From assembly GCA_046346765.1 (NCBI GenBank), contig JAXMHN010000006.1:88799-152798 (forward strand): 64,000 nucleotides of DNA, given 5' to 3'. The notes beneath the pieces are model-generated. The model saw nothing but the letters and a program-made list of their open reading frames with translations. It was not told the DNA's origin and searched no databases. The DNA comes from Verrucomicrobiota bacterium (lineage in GTDB: Bacteria > Verrucomicrobiota > Verrucomicrobiia > Limisphaerales > SIBE01). Below are positions 17,317-24,397 of the stretch, piece after piece (position 1 is the first letter of the stretch; each line of letters begins with the position of its first letter). A program made the position numbers and the translations under genes.

Positions 17317-18916
17317 TCCGTTTCATCTGACCGCGCTCGACGGCGTCATCATTATCGCGGAAACGCTGTTTGTGGTGCTGATCGGGCTGCTCGCCGCGCG
17401 CAAGGCCAAAAGGACCACGGAAGGTTATTTCTTGGCATCGGGAACGATGCCATGGTGGCTGATCGGGGCGGCGTTTGTCTCGACCAGCGTTTCAAGCGAG
17501 CAGATCGTGGGCACAGTCGGAGCCGTTTACAAAGGCGGCTTAGCCGTGGCGAATTGGGAGTGGTGGTGTTTGCCGACCTACCTGCTGGTGCTGGTCTTTT
17601 TTATACCGCTCTATTTGCGCAATCGCATCATGACCGTGCCCGAGTTGCTTAACCGCCGGTTTGGGCCTTGGTGTGGCGCGATCTACAGCTGGGTGATCCT
17701 GGTCGGTTACATCTTCATTTTTCTGCCCCCGGTCCTGTATGGAGGCAGCCTGACGCTGAGCCAGTTAACCGGTTGGCCGGAATGGGCCGTCCTGCTCGGC
17801 ACCTGTCTGCTGGTCGCCAGTTACACTTTGGCCGGCGGGTTGGGCTCGGTCATGTGGACGGATGCGGTCCAGTGCTTGATGCTGGTTGGAGGCGGGATTG
17901 TGCTTTTCTTCATGGCGCTCGGCCAAATCCCGGGCGGCTGGTCGGCCATGGTCGCAGCGGCGCCGGACCGTTTTCATCTCTACCGGCCGCCATTCGATCC
18001 AGAGGCGCCCTTCCTGGGGTTAATCGTCGCGTCGTTCGGGGTGTTTCTTTTTTACCAATCGTCCAACCAGGTGATGGTCCAACGAGTCTTATCGGCGCGG
18101 AGCACCTGGGACGGGATGATGGGGATCGTCTTTGCCGGCTTCATCAATCTGCTCCGGCCGCTGGTGACTTGTTTGCTTGGGTTGATTGTCTACCACTGGC
18201 TGGAGATCATGCATCGCGGACCGTCGCTGTTGCCCGACCGGCAGGATCAAACCTTTCCCTATGCCCTGGCAGTCTTTGCTCCCTCGGGTGTCCGGGGCGT
18301 CATTCTAGCGGGGTTCCTGGCCGCGGTTATGTCCACCGTGAGCGCTCTCGTCAATTCGGTTGCGACCATTTTCTCGCTGGATGTTTACCGCCGCTTCTGG
18401 CGAACGCAGGCAGACGACCGCGAGTTGATCACCGTGGGACGACTGGCTGCGGGGGCCGCTCTCGGGCTGGCAGCGTTCGTTGCCCCGGCCGTCGCTCGCG
18501 TCGGGTTATTTAAATATTTCCAGAGCGGAGTGACGTATATGGCGACTCCATTTATCTCGGTCGTTCTGCTCGGGCTTTTTTGGCGTCGCACCAACTATCC
18601 GGGGGCGATTGCCGGACTGGCCGGCGGTCTGGCCATTCAAATTGCTTTGCCGCTTGTCTTGTGGGCCAGTGGTGTGAAGCTTCATTGGCTGTATGTTGGC
18701 GCAATAGCCCAAGCGCTCACCCTGCTTTTAGTCGCGATCGTCTCTGCGTGCACTGCTCCACCGCCGCTCGAGCAGGTCGAACAGTTCACTTGGCAGCCGG
18801 GTTGGTTGCGAGCTTATGACGAAGGCGGCAAGCAGCGTCCCTGGTGGCAACAAGTGAAGCTGTGGCTGGCCCTATACGCTGTTGGATGGGCGTATATCTA
18901 CTGGCGATTCTGGTGA
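17300..18916 (+). CDS. sodium:solute symporter family (SSF/SGLT-like) transporter
   Basis: Protein with about 13 TM segments. GYFLASGTMPWWLIGAAFVSTSVSSEQIVGTVG is typical of SSS transporters. It overlaps the preceding gene's end. Confidence 0.9.
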   Translation: MHMNANPFHLTALDGVIIIAETLFVVLIGLLAARKAKRTTEGYFLASGTMPWWLIGAAFVSTSVSSEQIVGTVGAVYKGGLAVANWEWWCLPTYLLVLVFFIPLYLRNRIMTVPELLNRRFGPWCGAIYSWVILVGYIFIFLPPVLYGGSLTLSQLTGWPEWAVLLGTCLLVASYTLAGGLGSVMWTDAVQCLMLVGGGIVLFFMALGQIPGGWSAMVAAAPDRFHLYRPPFDPEAPFLGLIVASFGVFLFYQSSNQVMVQRVLSARSTWDGMMGIVFAGFINLLRPLVTCLLGLIVYHWLEIMHRGPSLLPDRQDQTFPYALAVFAPSGVRGVILAGFLAAVMSTVSALVNSVATIFSLDVYRRFWRTQADDRELITVGRLAAGAALGLAAFVAPAVARVGLFKYFQSGVTYMATPFISVVLLGLFWRRTNYPGAIAGLAGGLAIQIALPLVLWASGVKLHWLYVGAIAQALTLLLVAIVSACTAPPPLEQVEQFTWQPGWLRAYDEGGKQRPWWQQVKLWLALYAVGWAYIYWRFW

Positions 18917-18925
18917 CCGCCGGGC

Positions 18926-19438
18926 CTACCTGGTCTGATCGCAGGCGCGTGCGGCGACACCCTGGCTCAGGGCTTGGCTGAGTAAACGCCGGTCCCTCGA
19001 TATCAACGTGTAAAACTCCCACACCGGCCTGAGGATGTGTGGCTTAGTGACGACTTGGAGTTGAAGGGGAAGCTGGCTCATCAAGCGCTGCAACCGCAGA
19101 CGCACTGGCGTGTCGACGATCAGCCCTTTGGTGCTTAACTGCCGCAACACATCCGCCCCGGTAATCGCGTGGGCCCTGACATTGAGCGGCCGTTCATAGG
19201 TAAAGTCGCGCAGCTTCTTCGTGAAGTGCGCCTTCAGAAAGTCGTGCACCCCGTCGGGGGTCGAAAGGACTGCCTCGTGAAACTGGAGCAGGATGCCCGC
19301 AAACGGGACCACATGCAGGTTCTTCGGGTCCTGGACGAGCGCTGGATTATACGCCGCAACCTGTTCAGGAGAGACGAGGATAACTGGAGTGTAGCCGACG
19401 TATTCCTCCAGCAACTGCCGATATGAAGTCGCTTCCAT
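18926..19438 (-). CDS. hypothetical 170-aa protein (no family recognised)
   Basis: Clean ORF with balanced composition. ATG at 19438 is preceded on the minus strand by a TATAAT hexamer (19465-19470) and TGTCCT/AGGACA half-sites. Confidence 0.6.
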   Translation of the reverse strand: MEATSYRQLLEEYVGYTPVILVSPEQVAAYNPALVQDPKNLHVVPFAGILLQFHEAVLSTPDGVHDFLKAHFTKKLRDFTYERPLNVRAHAITGADVLRQLSTKGLIVDTPVRLRLQRLMSQLPLQLQVVTKPHILRPVWEFYTLISRDRRLLSQALSQGVAARACDQTR

Positions 19439-19602
19439 GTCCTGTTGTAGGACATTTCAGCACAATTATAGGACACTTGCAATGCTTTTCGCGCTCTCTT
19501 CCCTTCTTTAACCCTCTCGGGCGCCCGTTCCCCGTCTCCAGCCGCTTGCCGGCGTCAGCCCACCCTGATGTGCCGCAGCATGACTTTGCCCAGGCTCTTC
19601 CC

Positions 19603-22001
19603 CTATCGTAGGGCTGCTTGCCTGGTCCGCACCCGATATAGCCGCAGGGGCTGTCCGGTTGACGCTGGATCCACAAGGCGACTCACACCGCTCTCCGAAC
19701 TTACCGTTCCCAGACTCTCCCACGTCCTTAAGTCCGACGTTCCTTCCAGATCGTAGGATTGGCCCGGTTGGCCGCGCACCGTCAGAACCCATCGCCCGCC
19801 TGCGTCGCGCTCGCCTCCGAGCGTTAGGCCGTCGAGATTCGACTGCAGGTTGACGCTGTTGGCAGCTTTGGCGGCCGCCGCATCGGTCACGGTCACTGCT
19901 ACGATGCGGCTTCGGACGACGCCGGTGAAATTGTTGATCGCCAGTTGATAGGCGCCGCTGTGGTTGGCCTGGATGTTGTAAAACGTGAGAACCGGCTTGT
20001 TGCTGCCTGGAAGAGCGACGCCGTTTAGATACCACTGGTAGGTGCAAGGCACCTCGGTGCTGACGCTGACTTTCAGGACCAGTTGCTCGCCCGTCACCAA
20101 GGCCTGATCCGCGGGTTCCTCCGTAATGACGGGACGCGCAATCACCCGCAGTAACGCCGGTTGACTCGAGCGCACGCCGTCAGGATTAGTCACCGTCACC
20201 TGGTAACTGCCCGCATCGGCACTTTGCGCGTCCGAACGGTGAAGCTGTTGCCGATCGCGCCTGGAATCGTCTGGCCGTTCAGCGACCAGGCGAACGACAG
20301 TGGACCTCGACCCGTCGCCGCGGCGACGAATGTGGCGCTGGCGTCCTGGGCGATCGTCAGCGGCAACGGCTGCAGCGTGATGACGGGCGGGTAACTGACT
20401 CGCAAGCTCACACGCGGCGACGTGGCCGTGCCGAGTCGATTGCTGATAGTGAGGGAGTAGACGCCTTCGTGGGCCAGTTGCGCTCCGGGAATGGTCAGGC
20501 GCGGTGTCGTTGCTTTTGGAATGGCGGAACCTTCGAAGAACCACTGGTAACTCAGCGGGGCTCCTCCGCGGGCCGCCGCAGAAAAGACAATACTTTTGCC
20601 GTTGGTGACGACCTGGCTGACCGGAAGGGAGGTGAACCGAGGCGCAGTGAAGATTACCACGGAGCAGGCGGCGGAGCGGCCGGTCCCGTCCATGTTGGTC
20701 GCTTCAACTGTGTAGTAGCCACCGTCGCTCTCCTGGGCGTTGCTGACGTGCAGAACGGGGTTCGTTTCGTTCGGCAGCAGCCTGCCGTCTTTCAGCCAGC
20801 GAACCGTCATGGGCTGCCAACCTTGGAGAACCGGAGTGATGACGAAGGGTTGGCCCTCATCCACGGCTGGAACTGCCGGCAGAGTAATCACCGGCGGCGC
20901 TTTCACCCACAGCGAAATGTCCGAACTGGTCGCGATGCCCAGCCGGTTGCTGACCACAACCCGGTAGATCCCGGCCGCATTCGTTTGCACCGCGCCAAGC
21001 ACCAGGTCGCTGGAGTTGCTGCCGACCGGTCTGTCATTTTGGAACCACTGATAGGCGAGTGTTTCATCTCCATCGGCTCGGACGCGCAGGACCACTGGCG
21101 TCTTTTGCGGAACCGATAGATTTTGTGGCTGGGAAAGGATCCGGGGCGGCAGTCTGATGGCCAACGTGGCCAAACCGCTGACGGCCTTGCCGCTTAGATT
21201 CGTGACCGTCACGCGGTAAGCGCCGACATCGCCCGGCCCGACCGAAGGCAGCGTCAACGTCGCCTCGTTCGCTCCGAGCAGACGTGTTCCGGATCGCTCC
21301 CATTGATATCCAAATGGCCCCGTCCCGCCGACAGTCACGTTAAACACGGCCGGCGCCCACAAATCCGCGACGAGGCTTTGTGGCCCGCCCGTGATGACCG
21401 GCGCCTCCGCGACCGTGACGACGGCATCGGCGCTGCGGACGCTGCCGGCCGGATTCGAAACGACCACCGAATAGCGGCCCTGGCTGGCAGGTTGAAGCTG
21501 ACTGATCTGGCAGGTCCTCGCGCTCTGGCCGGGCAACGCCAGGTCATTAAAGAACCATTGATAACGCAACGGACTTGCGCCGGCCGCCGTCACTTCCAGT
21601 AGGATGCTTCCATTCCTTGCCGCGACCGCACTTTTGGGTTGGACCACGATTGCTGCCGCCTCGAGCTCCACGGGGCAGGAATAGGTCAGAGTATCACCCG
21701 GCTCACTCTCGATATCATCCGCGCCGACAGAGGTAGCCCGAATGGCATAGGTCCGGCCGGGGATCAATTCGACCGCTTTGGTGCACTCCATGCCGGCGGC
21801 CAGAGGTTCGCCTGGGTCTTTTCCCAATTCGGCGATGTAAATGCGATAACCGACGACGTCCGGAGAAGCGCTTGGGTCCCAGGCTAACTGATACGTTTTG
21901 GCTTGCAGATCTAAACCAAACATCAGTCCAAGAAGTGCGCTCCACACGCCCCAATGCGAGCGAGCGCAGATGGACGGACGCTTGAAAAAAATCGGCCACA
22001 T
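19603..22001 (-). pseudogene. secreted FN3 + 7x Ig-like (I-set type) repeat protein with C-terminal ...LYRV module; one frameshift near 20226-20243
   Basis: Signal peptide from M at 22001 (MWPIFFKRPSICARSHWGVWSALLGLMFG). An FN3-like segment (YQLAWDPSASPDVVGYRIYI) is followed by repeats of the form YQWF.NG..LPG......L.........G.Y.V.V.N..G. ORFs 20196..22112 and 19603..20544 are two frames of one gene (GNSFTVR | DAQSADAGSYQVTVTNPDG). Confidence 0.75.
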
Positions 22002-22247
22002 TAGCACCCTAGGTGCCACCGCCGCTCCCGTTCCAGAGCGCGCTCGACACCGCCACCGGCCAACTGCGCTGCGCCAAGGCCGTTCTTCCTCACGTCCCTC
22101 CGTTCCCCGCAACGGGCCGTTGCTTTCGCCGCCTTGGCACCGTCCTGATTTGGATCAATCGCTGCCTCCGGTGGCCAAGCGATAGACAGTGGCCGTTTGC
22201 CAGTCCCGGCCGAGCCAAAATGGCGCCCGGCCCTCCGTCCTCCGCCC

Positions 22248-23639
22248 CTACTTGGTCGAGACGTTGTATTCCAATTCGACCACGCCTCGTGTCAGGAGGG
22301 GAGCGTAGTCAAATTGGTGTTGCAGCTGCCACCAGGCAGTAATGCCTATGGCAGCGGTGCTGTGGTAAAACGAGTCGTCCGCCGCGCCAAACTCGCGCAA
22401 ATCGTCATCGTCCAATCCAAAGACATCATAGAGCGCGAACTTCAACTTGATCCGGTACTCCTCCGTGCACGAATGATACTCGTACTCCTCGACGTAAACG
22501 ACCACGTACTGAACCCCGTTAATCATCACGCCCAGCCCGTTCCCAAAATCGTCCGTGCCCCGCACTTTGCTGCCGATGTTGAAGGCAGGAACTCCCAGAT
22601 CGGTTATGGGCTTGACGGCATTCACATCCCAACCAGCAGCTTGCAGCGCTTGATGAATCCTCGTTTTACTCTTATCGGCGCCGGGTGTGCCAGGGGCAGA
22701 CACGGCTCGGTTCGCAAACGAGACGAAGTTAGTATGGGTGCTAATGGCCGCGTCGAGCGACGGGTCGCTAAACACCACGATGGAAGATTTCTTGGAGAGA
22801 AAGTCGTCGAGGAGGCGCTTGGCCATTCCGGTTTTGTCATTGGCAGCGAATTCGCCCAGCAGTCGGCGCATTTTGGCGTCCAGGGCGGAAGCAGTCGTGC
22901 CGACCGATTCGCCGCCCGGAGCGGTCCGGCCAGTGGCGTGAGTGATGTCCTGGCCGAAACCGAGCGGGGCGCCGTAAAGGATATCGTCGTTCACGGGTTG
23001 GCTTACCGTCGGGGAAAGGTACTTGTCCGTGGCCTGAGCGATGAGGAAAGGCTTTTTCAAATAGATCGATTTGCACGTTTGAACCAGCGTCAATCTCGCC
23101 AGCGTGGTGGTGCAACGCGGCACATCTTTGGTCGTCTCGGTGGGACCATGCACTTGTCCCGCGCCCGGCGAATGGTGGGCCTTCTCGGCTGTAATATGGT
23201 AACTCCCGGGGTTGACCTCGCCGAAATCAGCATAACCATCGGCGTTGGTCTCGAGTGAACCCAGGCCATCGACAACCACCGTCGCCCTTTCGACCGGACC
23301 GTCCTTGTCATCCGAAACACGCACCACCAGGTTGGCTTTCTCGCACGGCAGGACCGGGTCTTTGGGGTCGACCTTGGGTTTCGGCGGCTGCTTTTTCGAG
23401 GTCTTCCGGCGCGCCTCGATATAGGCATCCATCCAGACCCGGCGGCAGAAGGCATCATCCGCCTCCATGGTGAGTTGGCGCCGCGTGCCATCGGCGCTCG
23501 TCAGGCGCGGGCAATTGCTCCAGGTCGCTTCGTTCGCTGCCCGGGTGGCGTCGGGGTCGAGCGGCGTATCAGCGCGGCGATTGGCCGTGCCGACCCATTC
23601 TTTCCCGCAACCATAAGGGCAGACGATCCGTTCGGCCAT
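22248..23639 (-). CDS. multidomain cytoplasmic-looking protein: Cys-rich N-terminus, carboxypeptidase-regulatory-like beta-sandwich, C-terminal DUF3289-like putative toxin domain
   Basis: No signal peptide. MAERIVCPYGCGKEW at the N-terminus, then a K/P-rich linker. The beta-sandwich segment is NLVVRVSDDKDGPVERATVVVDGLGSLETNADGYADFGEVNPGSYHITAEK. C-terminal motifs YDVFGLDDDDL and ITAWWQLQHQFDYAPLLT resemble my recollection of the DUF3289 family. Confidence 0.5.
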   Translation of the reverse strand: MAERIVCPYGCGKEWVGTANRRADTPLDPDATRAANEATWSNCPRLTSADGTRRQLTMEADDAFCRRVWMDAYIEARRKTSKKQPPKPKVDPKDPVLPCEKANLVVRVSDDKDGPVERATVVVDGLGSLETNADGYADFGEVNPGSYHITAEKAHHSPGAGQVHGPTETTKDVPRCTTTLARLTLVQTCKSIYLKKPFLIAQATDKYLSPTVSQPVNDDILYGAPLGFGQDITHATGRTAPGGESVGTTASALDAKMRRLLGEFAANDKTGMAKRLLDDFLSKKSSIVVFSDPSLDAAISTHTNFVSFANRAVSAPGTPGADKSKTRIHQALQAAGWDVNAVKPITDLGVPAFNIGSKVRGTDDFGNGLGVMINGVQYVVVYVEEYEYHSCTEEYRIKLKFALYDVFGLDDDDLREFGAADDSFYHSTAAIGITAWWQLQHQFDYAPLLTRGVVELEYNVSTK

Positions 23640-23648
23640 GCGATCAGG

Positions 23649-24005
23649 TCATTGCTGGCTCCGGCCGCCGAAGATGACGTATTCGTTCAGCCGGTTCACC
23701 TTTTCGGTCTCACTCATGCCCGGATCTTCCAGGACACGCCGGGCACCGGAAAACGCGGGTGTATCGTAAAAGTCCAGCCCGTGCCGGACGGTATACTCGA
23801 GAAACGTCTCCAGATTGGCCTCGTCGCGGATGCCGAACTGATTGGCCTTTTCGACCCCAGTCCGAATGAGGCGGTCCAGTTGCTCGTCGGCCAGAGAGGC
23901 TGTTTCGGGGCGACAACGCCGGCGCAACCGGGCGGCCATACGCTCGACAAACCCCTTAAAGACATGGTCGCTCAAGGCCTTCATCTGGGCTTCGCGAATG
24001 ATCAT
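23649..24005 (-). CDS. small helical hypothetical protein (118 aa), 9 nt upstream of the DUF3289-like gene
   Basis: In-frame ATG at 24005 (MIIREAQMKALSDHVFKGFVERMAARLRR...). The upstream 171 codons of track ORF 23649..24518 are Arg/Pro/Ser-rich and span the intergenic repeat region, so they were rejected. Confidence 0.6.
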   Translation of the reverse strand: MIIREAQMKALSDHVFKGFVERMAARLRRRCRPETASLADEQLDRLIRTGVEKANQFGIRDEANLETFLEYTVRHGLDFYDTPAFSGARRVLEDPGMSETEKVNRLNEYVIFGGRSQQ

Positions 24006-24176
24006 TGTCGTTTCAAGGTGACAATGAGGTGAACCGTGCGGATTGGCAACCCTTGCGCAGCGGCGTTCCCATTCCGCAGCAGCCGCAATCAACGTTCCTG
24101 TTATTCGGAGTTCTCCTTTCGACAACCTGTCGGCGTTCGGGACGGCCGCCGGGATTGATGCGGCATCCCTGCGTCC

Positions 24177-24209
24177 TTTGTTCGACGTTTGTTCGACGTT
24201 TGTTCGACG
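24177..24209. repeat. three perfect tandem copies of TTTGTTCGACG (11-bp period)
   Basis: Read directly: tttgttcgacg tttgttcgacg tttgttcgacg ttt. The array lies in the divergent intergenic region between starts at 24005 (-) and 24398 (+). Confidence 0.95.
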
Positions 24210-24397
24210 TTTACCGATGGAAGGTCGAAGGAGGCTTGGATCTGGGCTGGACCTGTCTCGACTGGAGGCAGGGTCGGGCCAGCAGCCGCTTGGGGTGGAG
24301 AAGAGCTTTACTCGCAGGCGAACCAGCCGCAGATTCGAGAGCACTGCGGTTGGCTGGGGTTTGAGACAAAAAAGGTTCGAATGCCAGGTGCGGGCAT

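Noticed and set aside
24177-24209. Tandem repeats here and at 30079-30354 as possible CRISPR arrays.
   Set aside because: The units are 11 and 8 nt with no spacers, and there are no cas genes in the window. These are simple tandem repeats.
24374-24385. GGTTCGAATGCC, resembling a tRNA T-loop.
   Set aside because: The flanking sequence cannot form T-arm, acceptor or anticodon stems (preceded by an A-run, with no complementary 3' arm). This is not a tRNA.
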